Under the pieces are notes generated by a model, which saw nothing but the letters and a program-made list of their open reading frames with translations, made no database searches and was not told where the DNA came from. The position numbers and the translations under genes are program-made. Below, in pieces: positions 20,686 through 30,757 of a stretch of 64,000 bases of DNA. The DNA is from an uncultured Chromatiaceae bacterium (lineage in GTDB: Bacteria; Pseudomonadota; Gammaproteobacteria; JAADHS01), in assembly GCA_964421045.1 (NCBI GenBank), contig CAYQVF010000009.1:4380-68379 (forward strand), given 5' to 3'. Within the stretch, counting starts at the first letter, position 1, and every line of letters starts with the position of its first letter.

Positions 20686-20744
20686 AGGGGGGGAGGCGAC
20701 CCAAAAATTGCAATAACGTAAGTCTGACTTAAGTCGAGGGGGGG
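20686..20744. repeat. Two homopolymeric G tracts (G7 at ~20686-20692 and G8 at ~20737-20744) plus the palindrome GACTTAAGTC in the selO upstream region
   Basis: Seen directly: aaacaGGGGGGGagg ... GACTTAAGTCgaGGGGGGGGcttttt. They lie 50-110 bp upstream of the selO start codon and downstream of the sigma54 regulator gene. Confidence 0.6.
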
Positions 20745-20796
20745 GCTTTTTCGCGCAATTAAATCTGCTATCGAGTGGCCTCCTCCTGACTCGCCG

Positions 20797-22200
20797 CTAC
20801 CCTACAGAAGAAGATTCTACAGGACTATTTTTAGGCACCTTGAAAGCACCAGGATCAACCTCATGACGATGTAATAATTTATAGAACTCGGTACGATTTC
20901 GTTTGGCTAATCTTGCAGCCTGACTCACATTGCCCGCTGTAATTTTCAAAATTTTCAAAATATAATCTTTTTCAAAGCGAGCTTTTGCATCTTTCAAAGA
21001 AGGTAAGTCCATCGGCACCTCTCGTAGCGCACCTTTAACTAAGCTTGCAGGAATCACCTGCGTTGTACATAAAGTAAACGCTTGCTCCACGATGTTACGT
21101 AATTGCCGTACATTTCCCGGCAAGGGCGCGAGCAATAATAATTCAAGAGCAGCAGGTGAAAAATTTTTCAAAGCTTTGTCGTATTTATAAGACAACTCAC
21201 TTAAGAATTTATTCACGATTAAGGTAATATCTTCCCGTCGCTCTGATAATGGAGGAATTTCCAACGACACGACGTTTAATCGATAATACAAATCTTCTCG
21301 AAATTGCCCTAAACGTATTTCTTCATTAATATCCCGGTGTGTCGCCGAAATCAGGCGAATATCAACGGCGATGTCTTGAGTAGAGCCTAATACACGAATG
21401 ACCCGCTCCTGAATCACTCTTAATAGCTTCGCTTGTAAAGAAACAGGCATATCTCCAATTTCATCAAGAAAAAGTGTGCCTCCATTTGCTTCTTGTATTA
21501 ATCCCTTGTGGTTTCTTGTCGCTCCAGTAAAAGCACCTTTGTTATAACCAAATAACTCCGACTCTAAAAGTTGCTCTGGAATAGCAGCACAATTAATCGT
21601 GACAAAGGCCTTGTCTTTTCTGGGGCTCGCACGGTGTATTGCCTGAGCAAAAAGTTCTTTACCTGTACCGCTATCGCCTCTAATAAAAACACTGGCATCG
21701 CTTTGCGCAACTAACCAGGCCTGCTGGATTAAATCTTCCATTAACGAGCTTCGTGTAATGATCTCTTTACGCCATTCATCGTCAACATTAGTCGATGATG
21801 AGACTTCGGGCATGCTACTGCCCATCCCCACCAACCCCACTGCTTTTTCTACCTGGGATAAAAGATCTTTACTGTCAAAAGGTTTAGTTAAAAAGCCAAA
21901 AACACCTTTGTGCGTCGCATTGATCGCATCAGGTATAGAACCATGCGCCGTTAGAATAATAACGGGCAATGAAGGGTTGTCTCTTTGAATCACTTCTAAT
22001 AGCTCTATGCCATTCATTCCGCCCATTTTCAAGTCAGTAATAACTAGGTGAGGGCGTGAAATCGTTAATTGGTCTATTGCCTTTTCCGCGCTATCTACTG
22101 CAGTGACGTCATAATTTGCCGTTTTAAGCCGTAATGAAAGTAATTGCAAAAGATCTTTGTCATCATCGACAATTAATATTGTTGCTCGATTCGTTATCAT
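20797..22200 (-). CDS. Sigma54-dependent two-component response regulator (NtrC family; GlrR/QseF-like)
   Basis: 467 aa with an N-terminal REC domain (ILIVDDD...VITDLKMGGMNG) and a central sigma54-interaction AAA+ domain (GDSGTGKELFAQAIH; GAFTGA; ESELFGY). The C-terminus carries a Fis-type HTH. Confidence 0.85.
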   Translation of the reverse strand: MITNRATILIVDDDKDLLQLLSLRLKTANYDVTAVDSAEKAIDQLTISRPHLVITDLKMGGMNGIELLEVIQRDNPSLPVIILTAHGSIPDAINATHKGVFGFLTKPFDSKDLLSQVEKAVGLVGMGSSMPEVSSSTNVDDEWRKEIITRSSLMEDLIQQAWLVAQSDASVFIRGDSGTGKELFAQAIHRASPRKDKAFVTINCAAIPEQLLESELFGYNKGAFTGATRNHKGLIQEANGGTLFLDEIGDMPVSLQAKLLRVIQERVIRVLGSTQDIAVDIRLISATHRDINEEIRLGQFREDLYYRLNVVSLEIPPLSERREDITLIVNKFLSELSYKYDKALKNFSPAALELLLLAPLPGNVRQLRNIVEQAFTLCTTQVIPASLVKGALREVPMDLPSLKDAKARFEKDYILKILKITAGNVSQAARLAKRNRTEFYKLLHRHEVDPGAFKVPKNSPVESSSVG

Positions 22201-22829
22201 GGTGTAACGGTTCCTTCATTCATATCTCGTTGAATTATACTCGTTTCTATCGACTTAAGCAGTGTCAACTGGCGCTTGATTTTTTCTCTTTCCGCTTCGC
22301 TTTCAGACAGTTTATCTTTTAATTTCTGGTTTTTCTTTTCCAGTTCACTGTACTTGGAATCCAGAGAATACATCTCTTGGCTCAGTCGCATATTTTCTTG
22401 TAACCAACGACGATACTGTTTTCCCAAGAAAGCCAGAAAGTGCTCTGATTGGCTACGCTCCGACGAGTCATCTTTTAAATTTCCGTCTCTTATTAGAGAC
22501 AGAACTTGCTCTGCTGACTTTGTACTTTTATCGCTATAAGCCTGTAATAAAATCAACTTATATCGATTTAACATGCTCGGCTGATTCGTAAAATCAGCCT
22601 TTACTTCAACCAATAACTGCGCTAACTGTTTATCGCTAAGCCCTTCATATATCTTGGTAAATTGACTTATTTCTTGTAGCTCATAATAGGCAGAATATTG
22701 GGTCTGAAACAAAACCTGGCGTCCTGTGTTGCCTACTCCCGATGTTCGTTCAAACGCAATACAACCCGTTAACAAGAACATCAAACCAACCAGAACCAGC
22801 CTTGCTAAAGTATATCTAGCATAATTCAT
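22197..22829 (-). CDS. Coiled-coil lipoprotein (QseG/YfhG-like position between kinase and regulator)
   Basis: 210 aa. It has a lipobox (LTGC) after a signal peptide and a C-terminal coiled-coil (KYSELEKKNQKLKDKLSESEAEREKIKRQL). It overlaps both neighbouring genes by 4 nt. Confidence 0.5.
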   Translation of the reverse strand: MNYARYTLARLVLVGLMFLLTGCIAFERTSGVGNTGRQVLFQTQYSAYYELQEISQFTKIYEGLSDKQLAQLLVEVKADFTNQPSMLNRYKLILLQAYSDKSTKSAEQVLSLIRDGNLKDDSSERSQSEHFLAFLGKQYRRWLQENMRLSQEMYSLDSKYSELEKKNQKLKDKLSESEAEREKIKRQLTLLKSIETSIIQRDMNEGTVTP

Positions 22830-24286
22830 GCCGCCACCATATTTAAATTCATCGGTAACGTCACTCTGAAGTGCGCACCAGAGCTGGCATCTTGAACGAC
22901 CCTGATGCTACCTCGATGTATATCAACCAACTCACGGGCAATAGACAAACCTAACCCACTCCCTCTGATGTCACCATGAGGCATGACACTCCCTCGATAA
23001 AACGATTCAAAAACCCGCTCCGTGTCTTCTGGGGAAATACCCGGCCCATAGTCTTTGACATCCAGCAAAAGTTCATTTTTACGCCTTCTTAACTGAATCA
23101 GCAATGGACTCCGGTCAGGAGAATATTTAATCGCATTCGAAATTAAATTATCGATAACAATACGTAATTTTTCACCATCACCGTTCAGCTCAATAGGCAC
23201 ACAATTCAATCTAACTTGAATACCCTTAGCTAATAAGGCCAGGTTGTGGTCAGCCAAAACATTATTAACAATCTCACTCATGGAAACCAATGAGACATTC
23301 AGGCTCGCTGTACCCGTTTCTAACATATTAAAACTCAGTAAATTTTCTATCATTTTTTGTAACAACAGCGTATTTCTTTGTATCAATTGAGCGACCTCGC
23401 GCTGCTCCGTATTCAGTTTGCCTAATAAGTCTTCAGCAAGTAAGGCACTGCCTTCTTTTACGGCGGTTAATGGCGTTTTTAATTCATGCGAAACATGCCT
23501 GACAAAGCTGCCTTTTTTACGCTCTAAATCAGCTAATCTTTTCCGCAACCAATTCAACCGGGTACCAATACGTTGTAAATCTTCAGGGCCGGTCACCACG
23601 ATTTTTTGATCCAGCTCTCTTTCACCCAACTGTCGTATGGCTTTGTCAATTTGACGTACGGGTTTCGATAAGATATTGGACAACAATACTGCAAAAGCCA
23701 GCGTTCCTGGTACCAAAGCGATGGCCTGCCACAACAGGACTGTTTCTGCATTTTTTGTCATTTCCGCCAAAGCATTAACTTGATCGTTTATCCACGTCTG
23801 ACTTTCTGACAAAATAGATTCTGCTAACAGGCTCAAGCCAGTATATTCCTCCTCAGGGTTAAATGCGCGCTCTGTAGAACGACTTGCACGAAGAAGGAAT
23901 TCAAATAATATATTTTCTTTAGCAATTAATATTTCAATCTGACTCTTTAAAAATTCCGTATCAATCAATCCCGAAAGCGTCTCTGCTGTTTGATGAAACT
24001 GCTCTCGTCTACTTTTGTAGCCACTTAACAAACTCTTATCTTTCAAAATTTGATATTGTCTTGCATTTCTCTCTAACACGGTAATTTGATCTGTTAATAA
24101 GCGACTCACCGTAGCAACTTGTGCAGAACGATAGACTGTCGATTCACTTTTGACAAACATCTTGTCCAAATAAAAACCCATATGAACCAACGCCACAGCC
24201 AGTGGTAACGTAATTAATGCAAACGCCATTAACAGCAGTTTAAAAAAGGACTTTGGATGATAATCAAAACGAGGTTTTTTGAACAT
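22826..24286 (-). CDS. Sensor histidine kinase (2 TM, periplasmic domain, HAMP, HisKA, HATPase; GlrK/QseE-like)
   Basis: 486 aa with an H-box (VSHELKTPLTAV) and HATPase motifs (DNLISNAIKYSP, DYGPGISPED, GSGLGLSIAREL). Two TM segments flank a periplasmic domain of about 150 aa. Confidence 0.8.
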   Translation of the reverse strand: MFKKPRFDYHPKSFFKLLLMAFALITLPLAVALVHMGFYLDKMFVKSESTVYRSAQVATVSRLLTDQITVLERNARQYQILKDKSLLSGYKSRREQFHQTAETLSGLIDTEFLKSQIEILIAKENILFEFLLRASRSTERAFNPEEEYTGLSLLAESILSESQTWINDQVNALAEMTKNAETVLLWQAIALVPGTLAFAVLLSNILSKPVRQIDKAIRQLGERELDQKIVVTGPEDLQRIGTRLNWLRKRLADLERKKGSFVRHVSHELKTPLTAVKEGSALLAEDLLGKLNTEQREVAQLIQRNTLLLQKMIENLLSFNMLETGTASLNVSLVSMSEIVNNVLADHNLALLAKGIQVRLNCVPIELNGDGEKLRIVIDNLISNAIKYSPDRSPLLIQLRRRKNELLLDVKDYGPGISPEDTERVFESFYRGSVMPHGDIRGSGLGLSIARELVDIHRGSIRVVQDASSGAHFRVTLPMNLNMVAA

Positions 24287-24310
24287 TTTACACCTTTCCA
24301 GCTAACGACC

Positions 24311-24326
24311 GTCTCTTTTTAGAGAC
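24311..24326. promoter_or_regulatory. Short perfect hairpin/palindrome GTCTCT-TTTT-AGAGAC, 25-40 nt upstream of the kinase start codon
   Basis: Seen directly. On the minus strand it precedes GGAAAGG and the ATG at 24286. Confidence 0.3.
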
Positions 24327-24512
24327 GAATTGTCGCATACTTATTCTAACCATGAAAGAACAAAGGATCTTCCAAGCTCTTTAAATTGTATCTATTTTAC
24401 CATTTTTTACGACCTGGATTCCTTGCATTTAAAGTATTGAAACCTGAGCCATGGTCGAGCATAATTAAGACATTGCCAGAGGCTGTCTGAGAATAGGGAT
24501 CGTCGTAAGAAC

Positions 24513-24979
24513 CTCGGTATTCCCTTGTGGGGCGAAGGCCATTTTGCATCCGCAAGGAACATAAAAGTCCGGTTTTTCGATCAAATGATGAAATACATCC
24601 TTATATTTCATCCCGTTGGGGGGTGGCTTCGCGATTCCAATTCGTTCCCGACGAATGGGTAAGGCGGATAATGAGCCTATTGAACGAAAATAATCGGAAA
24701 AATAGGCCAAAATGGCTTGGTTGTAGTACGAATATAGGGATATGGAGCTGCCGAAAGTCAGTCTGTTCTCGGACTGCCGCCCAGGAGGCTATCGGCAACT
24801 AGATTAAGCGATTGCGAAAAACCCATTATGACTCACAATAAGCCTATTCGCCCCACTTATTTCCTGGAAGTGAACAGGAATGACGAAGCAACCTAATGGG
24901 GTATTGTTTATTCATAAAACTTGGCTTTTATGCTCCTTGCGGATGCAAAATGGCCTTCCCCCCACAAGGGGATACCGAG
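24513..24979. repeat. ~467-bp element bounded by 55-bp terminal inverted repeats (3 mismatches); candidate MITE or structured RNA locus
   Basis: Seen directly. Arm 1 (24513-24567) is CTCGGTATTCCCTTGTGGGGCGAAGGCCATTTTGCATCCGCAAGGAACATAAAAG. The reverse complement of arm 2 (24925-24979) is CTCGGTATCCCCTTGTGGGGGGAAGGCCATTTTGCATCCGCAAGGAGCATAAAAG. A 357-bp core lies between them. The repeat creates the spurious shared peptide PCGCKMAF in two opposite-strand ORFs. Confidence 0.6.
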
Positions 24980-25075
24980 ACTCTCGCAACGATGACTATG
25001 CTCGGGCAACCTTCTAGGTCGCGTCATCAAAAACAGCCTTCACAAATCGACAATCATTATAAACAGGAGAACAAA

Positions 25076-25867
25076 ATGGGATTTTTGCAGGATAAAAAGG
25101 CGCTCATTGTAGGACTGGCCAGTAATCGTTCCATTGCATGGGGCGTTGCAAAAGCAATGCATCGAGAAGGAGCTTCTCTGGCATTTACCTACCAAAACGA
25201 CAAACTCAAAGGGCGTGTTGAAAAATTTGCGGCTGAACTCGATTCGGATATCACCTTACCCTGCGATGTAGCCCAAGACGAACAAATTGAAGCGGTCTTT
25301 GAGCGTCTGGATGATTTTTGGGATCACATCGACATTATTATTCATTCAGTGGCATTTGCACCGAGCACAGAGTTAGAGGGTGACTATCTCGATGCCGTCA
25401 CTCGTGAAGGATTTCGTACCGCACACGAAATCAGTTCATATAGCTTTGCAGCGCTTGCCAAAGCCGGTAGAAATATGATGGAAGGACGCAATGGTGCCTT
25501 GCTAACCTTAAGCTATATCGGCGCTCAAAAATCGGTTCCTTATTACAATGTCATGGGGCTAGCCAAAGCCAGCCTGGAAGCCAACGTCCGTTATATGGCC
25601 AGCTCCTTAGGCCCAGACAATATCCGCGTCAACGCCATCTCCGCCGGCCCGATCAAAACCCTTGCCGCAGCAGGGATCAGCAATTTTCGCAAAATGTTAA
25701 AACATGTAGAAGAAAATGCGCCATTGCGCCGCAACGTGACAATAGATGATGTTGGCAACGCGGCGGCCTTCCTATGTTCTGACTTAGCCGCAGGGATAAC
25801 CGGTGAAATAACTTATGTAGATTCAGGCTATAATACGGTTGGTATGACCATGCCTGACGAAGAATAA
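25076..25867 (+). CDS. fabI: Enoyl-[acyl-carrier-protein] reductase (NADH), FabI
   Basis: The real start is the ATG at 25076 after AGGAGA; the upstream part of the listed ORF is an artefact of the inverted repeat. The 263-aa protein is an SDR with FabI motifs ([19 protein letters not shown]; SIAFAPS; [17 protein letters not shown]; [11 protein letters not shown]). Confidence 0.88.
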   Translation: MGFLQDKKALIVGLASNRSIAWGVAKAMHREGASLAFTYQNDKLKGRVEKFAAELDSDITLPCDVAQDEQIEAVFERLDDFWDHIDIIIHSVAFAPSTELEGDYLDAVTREGFRTAHEISSYSFAALAKAGRNMMEGRNGALLTLSYIGAQKSVPYYNVMGLAKASLEANVRYMASSLGPDNIRVNAISAGPIKTLAAAGISNFRKMLKHVEENAPLRRNVTIDDVGNAAAFLCSDLAAGITGEITYVDSGYNTVGMTMPDEE

Positions 25868-25930
25868 CGCACCACCCTCAGGAATAAACGCTCCTGTCTC
25901 GATTAACCCTACAACATCGGGGTTCCCGTG

Positions 25931-25947
25931 CAGGAGCGACACTCCTG
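25931..25947. terminator. Hairpin CAGGAG-CGACA-CTCCTG between convergent fabI and ppiD
   Basis: Seen directly: a 6-bp perfect stem. No strong U-run follows, so it is a weak terminator candidate. Confidence 0.25.
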
Positions 25948-25963
25948 TTACGAGTCAAATATT

Positions 25964-27877
25964 TTAAAGTCTGTCAGGATAAGTTTGTACATCCGCACTT
26001 TTTTTCCACTCATCTAACATGCTTCTGTAATCTAATACACCTCGACTTTGTACCTGACTATCAAACAACGCTTTTTTATCCTCTTCTTTCATTTTCATGA
26101 TATCTCCGTCCCGCACATCATAGACTGCATAAAGCACAGAGTCCCCACTGGAAAGCGAAGCAGTGCCGTAAACAGGCTCTCCCTCTTTGGGTTTAGCGGC
26201 CTTAAAGAAGGTATTCACTAAGTCATGATCCAGATCAGCATATTGACGTCCTACAAAACCGGGCTTATCCCAGTCAAGCTCATGCTCAGCTAACAGTTGG
26301 GTTAAATCGGCACCCGACTGAACTTGCTTCAATAACTCATCGCCAAGCGCTTGCACCGCATTTTGTGCTTTTTCATTTTCTACAATTTGCTTGATCTGGT
26401 CGCGAACCTCATCCAGTGTTTTGGTCGATTCGTTATTGTGCTCTTTTATCCTGAGGACAACGACTTTATTAACGTCCTGCTCTACAGGTTCGCTGTTATT
26501 TTTATTACCCAGGACATCTTCACTAAACGCGGCAGCGCGAATTTTAGCTTCTGTAGCAACACCCGCGCCAAGCTCTCGACTGAATAACTCTGAAGTTTTG
26601 ATCTCTAAACCTAAAATTTCAGAAGCGACAGATAACGTTTCCGGGTTTTCATAAACCAATGTTTGTAGTTGCTCAATTTGATCATAATAAAGATCTTCAG
26701 CTTTTTCATTCAAATACTCATTTTCAAGTATTGAACGTACATCGGCAAAGGGCTTGACACGACGAGGCTCTATGTCCGTCAGTTTAATAATGTGAAAACC
26801 AAACCCACTACGAACGACCTCACTTATTTGTCCTATTTCTAACTCATCGCTCGCTTTCACAAATGATTTATCCATAAACCCCGCTTCAAAAAAACCGAGA
26901 TCTCCACCCTTTTTAGCGGAAAGTGGATCATCGGATTCAGCCGTAGCAAGCTCTTCAAATGAGGCTCCCTTGTTGAGCCGAGCCAAAATATCTTCCGCTT
27001 TTTTTCTCGCCACCTCCACTTCACTGTCATCAGCATCAGAGTCAATTTCTACTAAAATATGACTCGCTTGACGACGTTCAATCACTACATAATTCTCTTC
27101 TTGAGCCTGATAACGCATGAGTAACTCTTCTTCATCAACCTCAATATTTTTTTTCAAATCATCTGCTGCAAGCTCTACATACTCAATGCTAACTTGTTCG
27201 GGATTTTTATAACGTTCTAAATGTTTCTCATAATGTGCTTTAATCTCTGATTCTTCAACGGTAATTTTATTTTTATAATTCTTTGATGAAAAGGCAACAT
27301 AACCTACTGAACGTTCCTGGTCTCTGACTCTAACCAGTTGTCCAAGCCCAATTTTGGACACCAGAACCGTACTGGCCACCCCTCTGGCAGGCTGCTCTAA
27401 TAATAGTTCTCTTCTTCTCTGATACTCCCAAACAGTCGGTGTTGAACGAATGCTGCCCAGCATTTGCTCATACCTGACACGGTCAAATTGACCTTCAACC
27501 TGAAACTCAGGAACTTGAGCAATCATATTAAAAAGTTGTTGGTCACCAACACGAAAACCATTGTCGCTTAATACCTGGATCTGAATTTCCTCGTCAACCA
27601 ATTGCTGCAACACTTGGTTTTTCAGACCCAGACTTTCCATAATTTCAGGGCTGATATTACCGCCAAACTGAGACATCACTTGTGACCGTTTTAAATCATA
27701 TTCATATTGAAAGCGGTCATATTTAATATCAACACCATTGACTGTCGCTATGGTCGCGTTTGAGTCGGGCTCAAGATATGAGTTGATGCCCCAAAAAGCA
27801 AAAACCACGATCAGTAACGTAACAATAACCCAGGAAACCCATGATTGAGCCCGGTCACGAATAGCTTGCATTAACAT
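25964..27877 (-). CDS. ppiD: Periplasmic chaperone/peptidyl-prolyl isomerase PpiD
   Basis: 637 aa with an N-terminal TM anchor (MLMQAIRDRAQSWVSWVIVTLLIVVFAFWGINS). It has a SurA-like N-domain and a parvulin-like region. Its position downstream of lon is conserved. Confidence 0.8.
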   Translation of the reverse strand: MLMQAIRDRAQSWVSWVIVTLLIVVFAFWGINSYLEPDSNATIATVNGVDIKYDRFQYEYDLKRSQVMSQFGGNISPEIMESLGLKNQVLQQLVDEEIQIQVLSDNGFRVGDQQLFNMIAQVPEFQVEGQFDRVRYEQMLGSIRSTPTVWEYQRRRELLLEQPARGVASTVLVSKIGLGQLVRVRDQERSVGYVAFSSKNYKNKITVEESEIKAHYEKHLERYKNPEQVSIEYVELAADDLKKNIEVDEEELLMRYQAQEENYVVIERRQASHILVEIDSDADDSEVEVARKKAEDILARLNKGASFEELATAESDDPLSAKKGGDLGFFEAGFMDKSFVKASDELEIGQISEVVRSGFGFHIIKLTDIEPRRVKPFADVRSILENEYLNEKAEDLYYDQIEQLQTLVYENPETLSVASEILGLEIKTSELFSRELGAGVATEAKIRAAAFSEDVLGNKNNSEPVEQDVNKVVVLRIKEHNNESTKTLDEVRDQIKQIVENEKAQNAVQALGDELLKQVQSGADLTQLLAEHELDWDKPGFVGRQYADLDHDLVNTFFKAAKPKEGEPVYGTASLSSGDSVLYAVYDVRDGDIMKMKEEDKKALFDSQVQSRGVLDYRSMLDEWKKSADVQTYPDRL

Positions 27878-27963
27878 AGGATTTGAACTCTTCCGTAATC
27901 AAATTATGAATTTAGTATTTTAACACGAGATTGATTGATCGGTACGGAGGGATATGAATTGAT

Positions 27964-28040
27964 GGCGGAGCGGACGGGACTCGAACCCGCGACCACCGGC
28001 GTGACAGGCCGGTATTCTAACCAACTGAACTACCGCTCCA
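27964..28040 (-). tRNA. tRNA-Asp (GTC)
   Basis: Reverse complement GGAGCGGTAGTTCAGTTGGTTAGAATACCGGCCTGTCACGCCGGTGGTCGCGGGTTCGAGTCCCGTCCGCTCCGCCA. This gives a cloverleaf with a GTC anticodon loop and the GGTTCGAGTCC T-arm. Confidence 0.9.
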
Positions 28041-28048
28041 ATAATTTT

Positions 28049-28123
28049 GGTGGGTGCTGAGGGGATCGAACCCCCGACCCTCGCCTTGTAAGGGCGATGC
28101 TCTACCAGCTGAGCTAAGCACCC
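28049..28123 (-). tRNA. tRNA-Val (TAC)
   Basis: Reverse complement GGGTGCTTAGCTCAGCTGGTAGAGCATCGCCCTTACAAGGCGAGGGTCGGGGGTTCGATCCCCTCAGCACCCACCA. The anticodon is TAC. Confidence 0.9.
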
Positions 28124-28254
28124 AATCGAGGAAATGAGACACAGCCAGTAACTCCGTGTGCATTCCCAAGTGGCGCTATTGTACGGCATAGGACATAACC
28201 ATGCTAGCTTTTTTTATAACAATTCCTGGAACAAAAACTAAACAGCTCTATTTT

Positions 28255-30693
28255 TTAGTGTGGCCTGATACGACCTCTTTCTTTGCTCTTTTTAACCGAC
28301 TCTTTTCCTGCTAATGCTGCAGCCTTATCCTCTTCAAGCAACGGCTCAGGCATGGATTGTAAAGCCAGCTGCAACACATCATCTATCCATTTAACAATTT
28401 GAATATTTAAATTTTGCTTGATATTGTCCGGTATATCGGCCAAATCGCGTTCGTTGTCTTCAGGAATAAGAACCGTTTTTATACCACCGCGATGCGCCGC
28501 TAATAACTTTTCTTTAAGTCCGCCTATAGGCAACACCTGACCACGAAGTGTAATTTCACCCGTCATTGCCACATCCGATTTAACGGGAATACCCGTTAAC
28601 ACAGAAACCAGAGCCGTACACATTCCAACACCCGCACTCGGGCCATCTTTTGGTATCGCACCTTCGGGAACATGAATATGGATATCATTTTCCTGATAAA
28701 ATTCCGATTGAATACCCAAAGTAGCCGCTCTACTACGAACAACAGTCATTGCGGCCTGAATAGACTCTTGCATTACATCCCCTAGCTGGCCGGTGATCGT
28801 GAGCTTACCTTTACCTGCGGTGACCGCAGCTTCAATGGTTAGGAGTTCGCCACCAACCTCGGTCCAGGCTAGCCCGGTCACTTGCCCTATTTGATCATTT
28901 TCTTCGGCACGACCAAAGCGAAATCGCTTAACCCCCAAAAAGTTTTCAATATTTTTTGAGGAAATTTTAATCGCATTTTTCTTCGCCTTGCTCAGCAAAA
29001 TACGTCTAACGACTTTGCGACATAGCTTGGATATTTCCCTGTCCAAACCACGAACCCCGGCTTCACGAGTGTAATACCGGACAATGTCGTGTATTGCACT
29101 TTCATCAATGCTCATTTCATTCTCGGCCAAACCTGCTGCCTTCAACTGTTTAGGAACAAGGTAGCGAGTCGCAATATTCACTTTTTCTTCTTCTGTATAG
29201 CCGGACAAACGAATCACTTCCATTCGATCGAGCAAAGGCCCCGGTATATTCATACTGTTTGCAGTAGCAATAAACATGACATCGGATAGATCGTAATCCA
29301 CTTCCAGGTAATGATCAGCAAAAGCATTATTTTGCTCCGGGTCAAGCACTTCCAACAAAGCTGAAGACGGATCGCCTCTGAAGTCATTAGACATTTTGTC
29401 TACTTCATCCAGTAAAAACAGGGGGTTTTTAACCCCGGCCTTACTCAAGTTTTGAATGATTTTACCCGGCATCGAGCCAATATAGGTTCGCCTATGCCCA
29501 CGAATTTCAGCTTCATCACGTACACCACCCAGCGCCATACGAACAAACTTTCTATTCGTAGCACGAGCAATGGATCGTCCCAGGGATGTTTTTCCTACCC
29601 CTGGCGGCCCCACCAAACACAATATCGGGCCATTCAACTTATCCACTCTTTGCTGTACCGCTAGATACTCTAGAATGCGTTCTTTAACTTTTTCCAAGCC
29701 ATAATGATCATCTTCTAAAACCTGCTCTGCCGCAACCAGATCACGCCTGACTTTAGAGCGCTTTTTCCAGGGCACATTGACCATCCAGTCAAGATAGTTC
29801 CGTACCACCGTCGCCTCAGCCGACATCGGCGCCATCATTTTGAGTTTATTTAACTCCGCCTTGGCTTTTGTTTTCGCTTCCTTGCCCATACCCGATTTTT
29901 CTATTTTTTGCGTCAACTCTTCAACTTCATTAGGCACATCTTCAAGCTCACCCAGTTCTTTCTGGATCGCTTTCATTTGTTCATTTAAATAGTATTCTCT
30001 CTGGCTCTTCTCCATTTGGCGTTTAACACGCCCACGAATTCGCTTTTCTACCTGTAATAAATCTATTTCCGCTGTCATCACACCCATTAGTTTTTCCAGA
30101 CGTTCGTTAACGCCGATCAACTCCAGAATTTCTTGACGTTCATCAATTTTTAACGTCATATGTGCAGCAATGGTATCTGCCAAACGACCCGGATCTGTAA
30201 TAGTTCCAAGAGAAGAAAGCAGTTCAGGTGGCACTCTGTTGTTTAATTTCACATATTGATCAAATTGAGTCATCACCGAGCGCATCAGCACTTCAGCCTC
30301 ACGTTTTTCCATAATTATTTCAGGAATAAGGTCAACACGAGCCAGAAAATAAGGGTCTACTGCCAGATAGTCCGTGATTGTTGCTCGTTCGGAACCTTCG
30401 ACAAGAACCTTGATCGTTCCATCGGGAAGTTTAAGTAACTGTAAAATTGTGGATAAAGTGCCAACCTCATAGATATCTTCTTGTTTAGGATCATCCATCA
30501 CGGCGACTTTTTGCGCGCCAAGAAAAATCTGCTTGTCACTCTCCATTGCCGCTTCGAGTGCCTTGATGGATTTTTCACGACCCACAAATAGCGGGATCAC
30601 CATATGAGGATAAACGACAACATCCCGAAGAGGCAGAATAGGGATTTCAATATTTTTCGAGTCTCGTTCAGCTCTATTTTCGCGTTGCGCCAT
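28255..30693 (-). CDS. lon: ATP-dependent Lon protease
   Basis: 812 aa with a Lon N-domain, Walker [10 protein letters not shown] and protease domain (…[22 protein letters not shown]…) with the catalytic Ser. The tig-clpP-clpX-lon synteny supports the call. Confidence 0.97.
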   Translation of the reverse strand: MAQRENRAERDSKNIEIPILPLRDVVVYPHMVIPLFVGREKSIKALEAAMESDKQIFLGAQKVAVMDDPKQEDIYEVGTLSTILQLLKLPDGTIKVLVEGSERATITDYLAVDPYFLARVDLIPEIIMEKREAEVLMRSVMTQFDQYVKLNNRVPPELLSSLGTITDPGRLADTIAAHMTLKIDERQEILELIGVNERLEKLMGVMTAEIDLLQVEKRIRGRVKRQMEKSQREYYLNEQMKAIQKELGELEDVPNEVEELTQKIEKSGMGKEAKTKAKAELNKLKMMAPMSAEATVVRNYLDWMVNVPWKKRSKVRRDLVAAEQVLEDDHYGLEKVKERILEYLAVQQRVDKLNGPILCLVGPPGVGKTSLGRSIARATNRKFVRMALGGVRDEAEIRGHRRTYIGSMPGKIIQNLSKAGVKNPLFLLDEVDKMSNDFRGDPSSALLEVLDPEQNNAFADHYLEVDYDLSDVMFIATANSMNIPGPLLDRMEVIRLSGYTEEEKVNIATRYLVPKQLKAAGLAENEMSIDESAIHDIVRYYTREAGVRGLDREISKLCRKVVRRILLSKAKKNAIKISSKNIENFLGVKRFRFGRAEENDQIGQVTGLAWTEVGGELLTIEAAVTAGKGKLTITGQLGDVMQESIQAAMTVVRSRAATLGIQSEFYQENDIHIHVPEGAIPKDGPSAGVGMCTALVSVLTGIPVKSDVAMTGEITLRGQVLPIGGLKEKLLAAHRGGIKTVLIPEDNERDLADIPDNIKQNLNIQIVKWIDDVLQLALQSMPEPLLEEDKAAALAGKESVKKSKERGRIRPH

Positions 30694-30757
30694 ACTAATA
30701 ATCTCCGATTACTGCATTAGAACCACCAAGAAAAACATCACACAAAATCACAACCCC

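Noticed and set aside
24415-24427. A sigma54 promoter-like sequence, cTGGattccTTGCAttt, upstream of the QseE-like kinase operon
   Set aside because: The spacing between the GG and GC elements is 5 nt rather than the required 10, and the sequence is on the plus strand pointing away from the minus-strand operon.
24465-25075. Two opposite-strand ORFs (24465-24710 minus; the 5' extension of the fabI ORF from 24896) share the peptide ...PCGCKMAF(A/P)PQG(N/D)TE...
   Set aside because: The shared peptide is produced by the 55-bp inverted repeat read in both orientations. Neither ORF has a ribosome-binding site or coding character, and fabI has a clean AGGAGA-ATG start at 25076.
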